From the NCBI GenBank assembly GCA_900316305.1, contig ONCM01000002.1, positions 37,967 through 101,966 of the forward strand: a DNA stretch of 64,000 nt. The letters run 5' to 3'. Both the position numbers and the translations under genes were made by a program. Origin of the DNA: an uncultured Bacteroidales bacterium. Lineage in GTDB: Bacteria > Bacteroidota > Bacteroidia > Bacteroidales > WCHB1-69. The notes beneath the pieces are model-generated. The model had not been told where the DNA came from. It made no database searches and saw only the letters and a program-made list of their open reading frames with translations. This document shows positions 20,129 to 29,465 of the stretch, piece by piece (position 1 is the stretch's first letter; every line of letters starts with the position of its first letter).

Positions 20129-22234
20129 TTATTTCAAATTCGTGTCGAACCAGTCGATGAAGTTTCGGTGCCAGAGGAGGCTGTTTTGCGGTTTCAGCAC
20201 CCAGTGGGTTTCATCGGGGAAGTAGAGGTAACGGCTCGGGATGTGGCGCATCTGAGCGGCGTTGTAAGCGGCCATACCTTCAGAGGCCACGATGCGGAAG
20301 TCGAACTCGCTGTGGATCACGCAAATGGGTGCGTTCCATTTATCGACAAACAGATGCGGGGAGTTGGCGTAGCTCTTCTTGACCTGCGGGTTGTTCCAAT
20401 CCCAGTAAGGACCGCCGATATCCCAGTTGTCGAACCACATCTCCTCAGTTTCAAGATATTGCTGTTCGAAGTTGAACATGCCGTTGTGCGCGAGGAAGGC
20501 TTTGAAACGACGACCGTCGTTGTAACCCTTCACATCGTAGTTGTGACCGGCCAGCCAATAGACGCTGTAGCCGCCGAAGCTTGCACCGCATGCGCCAAGT
20601 CTCTCTTTGTCAATCTGTTTTACATTATCTGTGAAGTAGTCGGCAGCAGTCATGTAGTCCTGCATGCAGAGTCCGCCGTAGTCGCCGCTGATTTCCTCAG
20701 TCCATGCTTGGCCGAAGCCGACCGTGCCGCGACGGTTGGGCGCGATGATGAAGTATTCCGCACCGCTCATCACCATGAAGTTCCAGCGGGTGCTCCAGAA
20801 CTGGCCCACCTCGGATTGCGGACCGCCCTCACAGTAGAGCAGGGCAGGGTAGGTCTTCGTGCTGTCGTAGTTGTAAGGATAGATCAACCACGTGAGCATG
20901 TCTTTGCCGTCCACGGTCTTGATCCAGTGTTCCTCGACTTTGCCCATGCGCACCTGCGAGAGGATGTCGTCGTTGATAGTGGAGATCTTCTTGCCCTTGC
21001 CCTTGTTGTCAGTCAGGTTATAGACGTAGATTTCAGAAGGATACTGCATGGAAACTTGGTCTGCGTAGAGTTTGCCTTTCGACAGTTGGAAACCGTGCAC
21101 ATCGTGGTAACCGTACGAGATCTGACGGAATTCCTTGGTCTCGCGGTTGCAGGCGAAGATTTGGTCGGTGCCACGGTAATAGACCACGCCGAGGATCTCC
21201 TTGTCGTCGTCGGTCCAGCTGATGCCGGTGAAGTAGTAGTCGAAATTCTCCGACATATTGGTGCGTTCGCCGGTGGTGAGGTCCAGCACCATCAGGCGGA
21301 TCAGGTCGCTCTCGTAGCCGTCACGCTCCATGCTTTCCCAAGCGATGTACTTGCCGTTGTGGCTGAACACAGGGTTCTGGTCGTAGCCCATGATGCCCTC
21401 ACTGAGGTTTTGGGTGGTTTTCTTCTCAATATCATAGAGGAAGATGTCGCTGTTGGTAGAGTGTGCGTAATCGTAACCCGTCTTCTTGCGGCAGGTGTAA
21501 GCGATTTTCTTACTGTCGGGACTGTAGTTGTACTGCTCGATGCCGCCCCACGGACGCATCGGGCATTCGAAAGTGCTGTCGATGAGGCAGGTAGCGTGTT
21601 CCACATCCACCTTGTCACCGAATTCGGCGAGGAAGATTTGCGGGTACTCATCCACCCAGCAGTCCCAGTGGCGGTACATGAGGTCCTCGTTGATGCGGCC
21701 GGTGGTCTTGTCGAGACCGGCGTACAGTTTGTCGAGGTGGTTCGGGCGCACGACGGGTTTGGTGGTGATGAAGACGATGGACTTGCCGTCGGGGGCGAGT
21801 TTAAAGCCTTCGAAACCGCGTTCGTGGGTGGCGATTTCCTTCTCCTTGCCGTTCTTGATGGTCATGGAGATGATGTTGTTGTCGCGGCAGAAGAGCAGCG
21901 TTTCGTCGTTTTTCCACACGAGGTTGAACTCGGAAGAGGCGGTGGTAGTGAGGCGCGACACGTTCTTGCCGGCGGAGGTCATGAGGTAGATTTCGGCGTT
22001 ACCCTTGTTCTGTTCCATGTCGTAGTAGGTCACGGTGTAGGCGATCTGGGAGCCGTCGGGGGAGACGGCCATCTCGCCCATCTTGCCCAGTGCCCACATC
22101 ACCTCAGGGGTGAAACGGCCGTCCTGGACCTTGATTTCGGGTTTCCCGATGACGTTTGCATCGGACTTTTCTTGTTTCGTTGTACAGGCGCAAACCAGCG
22201 TCAGTAAAGCGATTGCGATAAAAATTTTCTTCAT
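20129..22234 (-). CDS. S9 family serine peptidase (prolyl oligopeptidase/acylaminoacyl-peptidase-like), lipoprotein
   Basis: 701 aa. Lipobox LTLVCAC, beta-propeller N-half, and alpha/beta-hydrolase C-half with nucleophile elbow GASFGGYS. A -7 box caaaggta lies at 22270-22277. Confidence 0.85.
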   Translation of the reverse strand: MKKIFIAIALLTLVCACTTKQEKSDANVIGKPEIKVQDGRFTPEVMWALGKMGEMAVSPDGSQIAYTVTYYDMEQNKGNAEIYLMTSAGKNVSRLTTTASSEFNLVWKNDETLLFCRDNNIISMTIKNGKEKEIATHERGFEGFKLAPDGKSIVFITTKPVVRPNHLDKLYAGLDKTTGRINEDLMYRHWDCWVDEYPQIFLAEFGDKVDVEHATCLIDSTFECPMRPWGGIEQYNYSPDSKKIAYTCRKKTGYDYAHSTNSDIFLYDIEKKTTQNLSEGIMGYDQNPVFSHNGKYIAWESMERDGYESDLIRLMVLDLTTGERTNMSENFDYYFTGISWTDDDKEILGVVYYRGTDQIFACNRETKEFRQISYGYHDVHGFQLSKGKLYADQVSMQYPSEIYVYNLTDNKGKGKKISTINDDILSQVRMGKVEEHWIKTVDGKDMLTWLIYPYNYDSTKTYPALLYCEGGPQSEVGQFWSTRWNFMVMSGAEYFIIAPNRRGTVGFGQAWTEEISGDYGGLCMQDYMTAADYFTDNVKQIDKERLGACGASFGGYSVYWLAGHNYDVKGYNDGRRFKAFLAHNGMFNFEQQYLETEEMWFDNWDIGGPYWDWNNPQVKKSYANSPHLFVDKWNAPICVIHSEFDFRIVASEGMAAYNAAQMRHIPSRYLYFPDETHWVLKPQNSLLWHRNFIDWFDTNLK

Positions 22235-22303
22235 ATTGGGGATTTTTGATTGATCCGAATTTGAAAGTGCAAAGGTAGTATTTTTTTTCGTTTAGGGGGG
22301 AGG

Positions 22304-22354
22304 ACGATGAAAGGGCGATGAAAAAGCGATGAAGGGCGATGAAAAAGCGATGAA
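22304..22354. repeat. 11-nt tandem repeat (CGATGAAARRG units)
   Basis: cgatgaaagggcgatgaaaaagcgatgaagggcgatgaaaaagcgatgaa. Confidence 0.9.
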
Positions 22355-22412
22355 ATTCCGGTCGAAGGACCATTCCCCTTCTATTAGAAGGGGTGCCCGG
22401 AGGGCGGGGTAG
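22355..22412 (+). repeat. ~60-bp dual-hairpin intergenic repeat, copy 2
   Basis: Near-identical to 2594-2653. Confidence 0.85.
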
Positions 22413-22555
22413 AGATATAAAAGATATTCCTTGAGCGGCCCCGGAGGGACGAGATATAAATAACCCCGCACTAAGGCTGTAAGCCCGCAGTGCGGGGCTT
22501 GCGAGTGTTCGCGCATGGCGAGCGTGCCAAAGGCACGCAACTTCTGAAATGGAGC

Positions 22556-25375
22556 CTACTTATTAGCGGGAAGATCTTCTGCCGTCAGCGTTGACAATTC
22601 TTCCGTGGTGATTTTTGGTTGTCGTGATAAACGAGAAGCTTGATTTTGAATCGTTTTTTCAAACAAATTTCTTACAAATCGACCGTTGCCAAAGTTTTTA
22701 TCTTTATGATCAACGGCAAAATTCAAAATCTGAGATAGTAATTGACACCCCTCGTCATTCAGCTTGTACTGATTGTTCTCAACATTTATCATGAAAATTT
22801 TTGCTAACTCATCAGAATTGTAGTCGGAGAAATGTATATATCGGCTAAATCTTGATTGTAATCCTGGATTAGAGTCTATGAATCGTTTCATATCTTCAGA
22901 ATATCCTGCGAGTATAACGATTAGTCTGTCACGATCGTCCTCCATCCTTTTCAACAAAGTGGATATGGCCTCTTGTCCATAATCGTTACTTCCACCTTGA
23001 ACAAGTGAGTATGCCTCGTCAATAAACAAAACCCCGTCCAAAGCAGAATCAATAATCTTATTGGTTTTTATGGCTGTCTGACCTACATATTCCGCGACAA
23101 GCCCTGATCTATCTGTTTCAATCAAATGTCCCTTTTTCAAAACACCAAGGTTTTTGTATATAGCTGCCAATATTCTCGCAACGGTTGTCTTGCCCGTACC
23201 GGGATTCCCTGTGAATACGCAATGATACGACATCCCAACAGATTTCATTCCTTTGTTTTCTCTTTCTTGTTGAATCTTGACAAAATTAGAAAGAGCTGTG
23301 ACCTCTTCTTTAACTTCGGAAAGTCCTATCAATCCATGCAATTCATTTAACGGGTCAGATGCTTTATCTTCTTGTATATCATTCTCCTTCAACGTATTCT
23401 TCACATTTGCGCCTTTAATTTCTGCTTCGTGGTCATTGTTCGAAGTTGGGTAGGACATCAGTTTTTCTAACCATTGGCTCTCTCTCTCTGTGATTTTATC
23501 ATCTGCTTTCGCAATAACAGAGAAGAATCTATATAGTAATGAAAAAAATTGAACCCTTAAATCAAGCTTATTACATGTTTTAAAAATTTCATTCATATAG
23601 AAGAAGTCTTCAGGTTTGCCGTTTATTAATTTGTCCTTAACCGTTTTGCTGAATTCTTTGAAAAGATATAGTACAGAGTCATATTTTCGAGTTTCCAATG
23701 ATTCGAAATCAACATGTATATTTCCGAGAATGTATGAACCTAATATAAACATTGGGGTTCCTTCCTTTGAAAGGATATCAGTTGTATCGTGCCCTAATTG
23801 TTCATAACATTTTATTAAATCCGCAAAAAAAAGACAGGACAACTTGGTTATCTTATTGCCAATGTGATCCGGCAACAACAAGTCTGCGACTACCATTATT
23901 GTTATGTTATGCTTGAGAAGGTCATAATAATCACAAAGAGGGGATGCAACATCATTAGATTTATTAAAAAAAGATTCCGTTATGCCGAAATAGTCATCAG
24001 TATGATTGTCATCATCATCTTTTAATATTTGAAGTTTTCTGAAAAAATTTTCCGCCACATCTGAATTACTGAATTGCATAGTGAGTTTATATGGATTGAA
24101 TGTGATATTTCCATATTCATAAACACCATATCTCGGATTATTTGTAAATCTCTCATCCCGATCTCCGTTTTTATTGACATACTTGTAAGTGTAGCTGACG
24201 AATTTCGCATCTTTTGGCACCAAAGCAGCAATGGTTTCCATGAAATTCGTTTTGCTAAAGCTGATTTTTAGATTTTTGATAGGAATCACGTCAAAGTTCG
24301 TCGCACTCTTTGCAGCTATTACATAATCTGGATAAAAATAAAGATCAGCATTCTCAAATTTAAAGTAAGGTACACCATCGTAATTGATAGGACAAAGATA
24401 ATTAAACTTCTGTTTATAAAACGAGAATGTCTTTTTTCTGTCAATAAGTGTGTCTGCGAATGACTTGGCAACCGTATTAGTAGAGGTGGAAACGATTTCC
24501 CACTTTGAATCACAAGAAGAAAGGGCATCATAAGCATGAACAACGGCTGAAAATGCTTCTTCGTTAGCCTTATCAATAGGTAATTCTTCTGTGATGTTGT
24601 GTTCTCCAATTAGTTCCTGCTCCCTTTGGTGAAAATAATCATTGAGCTTGAGCTTGTCTTCCTTTGATAGCAAAGAGCGACCGTTTGCTGTCTTGAGTAT
24701 TTTATTTAAATCGGTTAAATTGCTAATACTGACTTTATAGTCGATAATACGGCCAGGATAACAGGTGTCCATGACCCCACATTCTACCAATTGATACCCG
24801 ACATCGATAATTCTCTTGAAGTCGTAATCTTTAAAATCGAACGGATCATATTTTTGCAAAGAAACAACTTTTTCCGCTACTTTTACGAACAAAGGATCTA
24901 ATTCATCTGTAAGTTTAGTTTCATCGTACCTACTATATTTCAACAATTTAGAAACACAATCATACTTGTAGTGGTCAATAAACGATTGAAGAAACTTTTG
25001 TTTGATAGGATCTGTGGTGATATTCAAAATAGTCTGCGCTTGTTTTATCTCTTTCTCAACATCTTCCAATAACTTCTTTTCTTCATTATGGTACTTCTCA
25101 AGAAAGAAATCGTATCTGGTTACGTCTTTGTTGGAATCAGGAATGTTTTCAACCGTGGGATTAGCTTGTTTGATCTCCTTTTCTGGTTCAACCAACACTC
25201 TCCTCTCATTTATTTGATTGTTTTTATGAGAGGAATCGTTTTTAGCCTCTGTATTATCCAAAACAGTATTGCTTATAGGAGAATTCTTCTCTTTTTTACT
25301 ATTACCTAAAAGATTAACTGCCAACATAATAAGAGAAATGAAAAACACAATGCTGCAAATAATAATTCCTACCAT
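22556..25375 (-). CDS. membrane-anchored large ATPase: unknown N-terminal region, TerB-like segment and C-terminal CbbX/SpoVK-type AAA+ module
   Basis: 939 aa from AT-rich DNA. N-terminal TM MVGIIICSIVFFISLIMLAVNLL. TerB-like FFSVIAKADDKITERESQWLEKLM. AAA+ Walker A GNPGTGKTT, Walker B VLFIDEAY, and LIVILAGY...GLQSRFS as in CbbX/SpoVK. Confidence 0.8.
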   Translation of the reverse strand: MVGIIICSIVFFISLIMLAVNLLGNSKKEKNSPISNTVLDNTEAKNDSSHKNNQINERRVLVEPEKEIKQANPTVENIPDSNKDVTRYDFFLEKYHNEEKKLLEDVEKEIKQAQTILNITTDPIKQKFLQSFIDHYKYDCVSKLLKYSRYDETKLTDELDPLFVKVAEKVVSLQKYDPFDFKDYDFKRIIDVGYQLVECGVMDTCYPGRIIDYKVSISNLTDLNKILKTANGRSLLSKEDKLKLNDYFHQREQELIGEHNITEELPIDKANEEAFSAVVHAYDALSSCDSKWEIVSTSTNTVAKSFADTLIDRKKTFSFYKQKFNYLCPINYDGVPYFKFENADLYFYPDYVIAAKSATNFDVIPIKNLKISFSKTNFMETIAALVPKDAKFVSYTYKYVNKNGDRDERFTNNPRYGVYEYGNITFNPYKLTMQFSNSDVAENFFRKLQILKDDDDNHTDDYFGITESFFNKSNDVASPLCDYYDLLKHNITIMVVADLLLPDHIGNKITKLSCLFFADLIKCYEQLGHDTTDILSKEGTPMFILGSYILGNIHVDFESLETRKYDSVLYLFKEFSKTVKDKLINGKPEDFFYMNEIFKTCNKLDLRVQFFSLLYRFFSVIAKADDKITERESQWLEKLMSYPTSNNDHEAEIKGANVKNTLKENDIQEDKASDPLNELHGLIGLSEVKEEVTALSNFVKIQQERENKGMKSVGMSYHCVFTGNPGTGKTTVARILAAIYKNLGVLKKGHLIETDRSGLVAEYVGQTAIKTNKIIDSALDGVLFIDEAYSLVQGGSNDYGQEAISTLLKRMEDDRDRLIVILAGYSEDMKRFIDSNPGLQSRFSRYIHFSDYNSDELAKIFMINVENNQYKLNDEGCQLLSQILNFAVDHKDKNFGNGRFVRNLFEKTIQNQASRLSRQPKITTEELSTLTAEDLPANK

Positions 25376-25487
25376 TTACTTTACCCTTGTTCGTGTCGGG
25401 TACAACTGTTTCCGCGCTCTCCAGCACCTCAAGAGCATATCACACAAAAGAAGCGTGGCACTGTATGCCACTTCTTCTAATGGAGGT

Positions 25488-25584
25488 CGTAGGAAAACCT
25501 TGTAACGCAGATGCAGCAACGAGTCCACGCTATACGCGCGAACATTACGTCTCACTTGCGTTACAATATTGGAAATTTCCTACG
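25488..25584. other. 97-nt nested inverted repeat/long hairpin in the upstream region of the AAA+ gene
   Basis: CGTAGGAAA (25488-96) pairs with TTTCCTACG (25576-84). TTGTAACGCA (25500-09) pairs with TGCGTTACAA (25557-66). An inner GAG..ACG/ACGTCTC helix is also possible. Confidence 0.6.
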
Positions 25585-25674
25585 TTTCCATTAGCAAGAC
25601 GAGCATAACGCTTCGTTTTATTCAATAAAAATTCCGCCAACCCTGCGGCAAAAAACGCCTTCGGGTTGACGGGG

Positions 25675-25682
25675 CAAAGATA
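25675..25682 (-). promoter_or_regulatory. -7 box (TATCTTTG on gene strand) within a duplicated promoter segment, upstream of the AAA+ gene
   Basis: The 19-nt core ggttgacggggcaaagata is identical at 25664-25682 and 26385-26403. Confidence 0.5.
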
Positions 25683-25716
25683 CAATTAATTTGAATAATC
25701 GACTAGAAAAGAATCG

Positions 25717-26055
25717 CTAAAAAATTGACTCTATCGTCTTGTCCACAATCTCGTTAAAGTATTTCTTTTTGATAGTACCAAGACGGCGGATGATTCCTGA
25801 CTCGACATCTGCTGCTACCAGATGGCATTTCACAAAACTCGGACGTTCCATCTTGAAAGAAAGCATTTCGTCAGTAAGAGGGTACGAGTATTGGTGACTG
25901 TGAACAAAATCTTTTGAAGATATCATCACAAGATAGACGAAACCTTCGTTTATCTGCAATTCGTCATTGGACACAATGATGGCAGGATGAACCTTTATGC
26001 CTTCACCCGGAATGGGAAAATTGATTTCCACAATATCTCTTTGATGGTATTTCAT
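25717..26055 (-). CDS. PemK/MazF-family type II toxin
   Basis: 112 aa. RDIVEINFPIPGEGIKVHPAIIVS...VYLVMISSK...SFVKCHLVAADV...RRLGTI matches the PemK/MazF pattern. Overlaps the upstream small ORF by 4 nt. Confidence 0.7.
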   Translation of the reverse strand: MKYHQRDIVEINFPIPGEGIKVHPAIIVSNDELQINEGFVYLVMISSKDFVHSHQYSYPLTDEMLSFKMERPSFVKCHLVAADVESGIIRRLGTIKKKYFNEIVDKTIESIF

Positions 26056-26261
26056 AAGCGATCGGCAAATGCTTTGGCGGCTAACATTTTGGAACCGTAG
26101 AGAAACTCCTCCACTTCTTCACGATGGGCTCTTTCGTCTTCTTCGGAAACCTCTTCAGCGTCAGTCCTGACTTTTGTAAACAGACCGGTAGCCATCAAAA
26201 TGGCGAGTTTTCGGCGCGCTAACGCATTGTTCTGGTCGTATGATAAAGTTACAGTGCACAT
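26052..26261 (-). CDS. putative cognate antitoxin (small acidic protein)
   Basis: 69 aa with an acidic C-half. ATGA overlap with the mazF-like gene. Family not recognised. Confidence 0.45.
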   Translation of the reverse strand: MCTVTLSYDQNNALARRKLAILMATGLFTKVRTDAEEVSEEDERAHREEVEEFLYGSKMLAAKAFADRL

Positions 26262-26395
26262 AATCGTTTATCCTTTTTTGTTGCTTAATCGTACAATTAT
26301 ATTTTGAAAAATGTCATTTTAAAGCGTAATGCTCTTTTGATTTGATAAATTTTTCTGCTAAACCTCCATCCAAACACGCTTTCAGGTTGACGGGG

Positions 26396-26403
26396 CAAAG
26401 ATA
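26396..26403 (-). promoter_or_regulatory. -7 box of the toxin-antitoxin unit (second copy of the duplicated promoter segment)
   Basis: caaagata lies ~135 nt upstream of start 26261. Confidence 0.5.
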
Positions 26404-26457
26404 AGAATTTTTCAATTCGGACACTCACTTTATTTACAAGTTGCCTCCGCTTCCAAC

Positions 26458-26498
26458 AGCTAAAAGCCAATAGCCAATAGCTAACAGCCAACAGCCAA
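26458..26498. repeat. AGCCAAT/AGCCAAC heptamer repeat
   Basis: agctaaaagccaatagccaatagctaacagccaacagccaaag. Confidence 0.9.
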
Positions 26499-26511
26499 AG
26501 ACAAAAAAATG

Positions 26512-26519
26512 TACCTTTG
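26512..26519 (+). promoter_or_regulatory. -7 box TACCTTTG upstream of the MBOAT gene
   Basis: Lies 23 nt before ATG 26542. It argues against the ORF-track start at 26509. Confidence 0.55.
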
Positions 26520-26541
26520 CCGCCCGAAATTTGCCCCGACT

Positions 26542-27960
26542 ATGCTGTTCAATTCGATAGAGTTCGCCGTCTTCCTGCCCGTCGTGTTCCTGCTCTACTG
26601 GTTCGTGTTCCGGCGGAGTGTGCGGGCGCAGAACCTCTTCGTCGTGGCGGCCTCCTACCTATTCTACGGCTGGTGGGACTGGCGGTTCCTCTTCCTCATC
26701 GCCTTCACCTCGCTCTGCAGCTGGGGCAGCGGACTGCTCATCGAACGCCACCGCCATCGCCCGGCCGCGAAAGCTGTCCATATATTAAATATTGTACTGA
26801 ACCTGGCCATCCTCGGTCTCTTCAAATACTACGACTTCTTCGTCACCTCCTTCGCCAAAGCCTTCCTGCACGGTCAAACCGATGGCTTACTGCTGAACAT
26901 TGTTCTGCCGGTGGGCATCAGCTTCTACACTTTCCAGGCGCTGAGCTACAGCATCGACGTCTATCGCGAGAAGCTGGAACCCACGCACGACATCGTCCAG
27001 TTTTTCGCTTTCGTGAGCTTTTTCCCGCAGTTGGTGGCCGGCCCCATCGAACGGGCGACGAACCTCCTGCCGCAGTTCGCCAAGTCGCGCACTTTCGATT
27101 ATGATCAGGCGGTTGATGGCATGAGGCAGATTCTTTGGGGACTTTTCAAGAAGATTGCCGTGGCGGACAACTGCGCCGTCTATGTGGACCACGTGTTCGG
27201 AAACTATACCGCGCAGGGCGGTCTGACGCTGGTTACGGCGGCCGTCCTCTTCGCTTTCCAGATTTACTGCGACTTTTCCGGCTACTCCGATATCGCCATC
27301 GGGACCTCCAAGCTATTCGGTATCAAGCTGATGCGAAATTTTAACAATCCCTACTTCAGTCGCGACATTGCGGAGTTCTGGCGGCGGTGGCACATCTCGC
27401 TCACCACCTGGTTCCGCGACTATGTCTATATTCCGTTGGGTGGTAGTCGCGTCTCGAAGGGGAAAGTCGTGCGCAACACGTTCGTAATCTTTCTGTTAAG
27501 CGGCTTCTGGCATGGTGCCAATTGGACCTTCATCGTGTGGGGTGCCTACCACGCGCTGCTTTTCCTGCCGCTCATCCTTTCGGGTCGCAACCGTAAATAC
27601 ACCAACGGTATTGCGGAGGGACGGAGGCTGCCTTCTTTGTCGGAATTTGCCCGCATGTTACTGACTTTCACGCTGGTGACGGTCGGCTGGGTTATCTTCC
27701 GTGCCGACTCCATTTCGCAGGCGTGGCAGTATATCGCCTTGATTCCTCATGCGGGAAGTTTTTACACGGATGGACTTGGACTGTGTGTTACATTGATAGT
27801 CCTAATGCTTCTCGTGGAGTGGGTTCATCGTGAGCGCCAACACGGACTCGACCTTCGTTGCCGTTACGCCGCGCTCCGTCACGCTTGCTATTACTGCCTG
27901 ATAATCATTATGTTTTTTACTTATACGAATTCTGAGTCTTTCATCTATTTCCAGTTCTGA
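26542..27960 (+). CDS. MBOAT family O-acyltransferase (AlgI/DltB-like)
   Basis: MLFNSIEFAVFLPVVFLLYW N-terminus. FWRRWHISLTTWFRDYVYIPLGG carries the conserved His. Multi-TM protein. Confidence 0.88.
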   Translation: MLFNSIEFAVFLPVVFLLYWFVFRRSVRAQNLFVVAASYLFYGWWDWRFLFLIAFTSLCSWGSGLLIERHRHRPAAKAVHILNIVLNLAILGLFKYYDFFVTSFAKAFLHGQTDGLLLNIVLPVGISFYTFQALSYSIDVYREKLEPTHDIVQFFAFVSFFPQLVAGPIERATNLLPQFAKSRTFDYDQAVDGMRQILWGLFKKIAVADNCAVYVDHVFGNYTAQGGLTLVTAAVLFAFQIYCDFSGYSDIAIGTSKLFGIKLMRNFNNPYFSRDIAEFWRRWHISLTTWFRDYVYIPLGGSRVSKGKVVRNTFVIFLLSGFWHGANWTFIVWGAYHALLFLPLILSGRNRKYTNGIAEGRRLPSLSEFARMLLTFTLVTVGWVIFRADSISQAWQYIALIPHAGSFYTDGLGLCVTLIVLMLLVEWVHRERQHGLDLRCRYAALRHACYYCLIIIMFFTYTNSESFIYFQF

Positions 27961-27961
27961 T

Positions 27962-28897
27962 ATGAAAAAGTTCCTGCGACAAACCCTCTTTTTCGCGTTC
28001 GGCCTACTGCTGCTGGCGGTGGCATTCGATGTGCTGTTGACTGCCAAGGTGTTGCGTTCGCGGACTTCCCCGTTTGCCACGTGGAACGACCTCTACCAGC
28101 GGAACATAGAAGCGGATGTCCTCGTAATGGGCAGTTCCAGGGCTTTTGTGCAGTTCAATCCGGCAATATTTGACACGGTTCTCCATACCAACAGCTACAA
28201 TTTGGGCATGAACGGTCGTGCCGCCGATTCCCAGATCTTGAAATACAAAGTTTTCCGTCATAGGGGCAACCACAAGCCCAAACTGATCATCTACGAGGTG
28301 AGCCACGGCACGATGCAGAAGAGCAACGGTTATGAGCGGGAGCAGTTCGTGCCGTACCTCCACGACCCGTACCTCTGGCGGCTCTGTCACGAACAGGAAG
28401 GTTTCAACCTCGCCGATTGCGTGCTGCCGAGCTGGCGTTACGTGGGACATCGGAAACTCATTCGCAACATCTTGATTCCCAGTGAGGGAAGCGAATACGA
28501 CACTCCATTGTACAAGGGCTTCAGAAGTTACGACCGGAAGTGGAGTGGGAGAGGGCTTCGTCAGCAGGCCAGCGTTTCCTACACCAAAGATACGGCCATA
28601 ATCCGGCAATTCCGAGATTTCCTGACCGAATGTCGTCGCGACAGCATTCAGGTGGTGTTGGTGACCTCGCCGTTCTACATCGGCGGCACGAGGAAGATGT
28701 CGGACTCCACAGGCATGCACACCATGTTCGCGCAAATCGCCAACGATTTCAACATTCCCTACTTGGATTACACCTACAACGCGCTTAGCTACGACACGGC
28801 GTACTTCTACAACACCATGCATCTTAACCGCACCGGCGCGAACCTCTTCTCAGAAAAGGTGGCGCGGGACATTGACTCGGTGATGCGGAGAAAATAG
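27962..28897 (+). CDS. membrane-anchored accessory protein of the MBOAT (possibly SGNH/DltD/AlgX-like)
   Basis: Starts 1 nt after the MBOAT stop. N-terminal TM helix. VLVMGSSRAF resembles an SGNH block I. The family assignment is a guess. Confidence 0.4.
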   Translation: MKKFLRQTLFFAFGLLLLAVAFDVLLTAKVLRSRTSPFATWNDLYQRNIEADVLVMGSSRAFVQFNPAIFDTVLHTNSYNLGMNGRAADSQILKYKVFRHRGNHKPKLIIYEVSHGTMQKSNGYEREQFVPYLHDPYLWRLCHEQEGFNLADCVLPSWRYVGHRKLIRNILIPSEGSEYDTPLYKGFRSYDRKWSGRGLRQQASVSYTKDTAIIRQFRDFLTECRRDSIQVVLVTSPFYIGGTRKMSDSTGMHTMFAQIANDFNIPYLDYTYNALSYDTAYFYNTMHLNRTGANLFSEKVARDIDSVMRRK

Positions 28898-28937
28898 TTA
28901 GTAGTTAGCAGTTAGTAGTTAGTAGTTAGTAGTTAGC
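28895..28937. repeat. TTAGTAG/TTAGCAG heptamer repeat beginning at the stop codon
   Basis: tagttagtagttagcagttagtagttagtagttagtagttagc. Confidence 0.9.
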
Positions 28938-29252
28938 CATTGCGGCGGATTCTCCGTTTTTTTGCGAAAATTTACTTCGAGATTTAACAATTTGATTTCA
29001 AATAGTTAAATATAAATCATAATTTGTTGGTTTTCAGTCGAGAAAAAAATTCACAAAACCCTTGACAGAGGGGTGTTTTTGTTGTATATTTGTCGTCGGA
29101 AATATTAATGTTATAATCATCAAAATAAAGTATTATGAAGAATGCAAAGCAAGTAGAAAACAGACAATAGTAGAAAAAAACTAGTACAATATTGTTATAT
29201 ATCAAAAAAAGTTATATATATGCAGCGCAATTGAAAACAAAATAATGGTAAT

Positions 29253-29435
29253 ATGAAATGGAATGAACTGAAGAAACTAGCAGAAGCGAACGGTTGGTAT
29301 CTCCTGAAACACGGGAAAAAAAACGATGTTTATGTGCATCCGACGAATAGAAATCGTCTGATCATTGGAAGGCATGGTTCTGAGGAGGTGCCGGTAGGGA
29401 CCTACACGAAACTTCTAAAGCAGATGGGATTCTAA
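29253..29435 (+). CDS. hicA: HicA-family type II toxin
   Basis: 60 aa. MKWNELKKLAEANGWYLLKHGKKNDVYVHP...GRHGSEEVPVGTYTKLLKQ matches the HicA/YcfA pattern. Confidence 0.8.
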   Translation: MKWNELKKLAEANGWYLLKHGKKNDVYVHPTNRNRLIIGRHGSEEVPVGTYTKLLKQMGF

Positions 29436-29465
29436 AATTAATTGAGACAAACAAACAGTAAAGAT

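Noticed and set aside
20084-22207. 707-aa plus-strand ORF covering almost the same span as the S9 peptidase gene
   Set aside because: It is antisense to a gene with clear peptidase motifs. The product is V/G/A/H/D/E-rich and low in complexity, typical of the shadow frame of a GC-rich gene. It has no start context, signal or motif.
25448-25716. Retron-like msr/msd or type III antitoxin RNA upstream of the AAA+ gene
   Set aside because: The window has no reverse transcriptase or ToxN-like gene. The RNA has no tandem direct repeats. Only a generic nested hairpin can be supported.
26517-27104. 195-aa Pro/Arg-rich ORF in an alternative frame of the MBOAT gene
   Set aside because: It is an overlapping out-of-frame ORF. 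The MBOAT frame carries the conserved family motifs.
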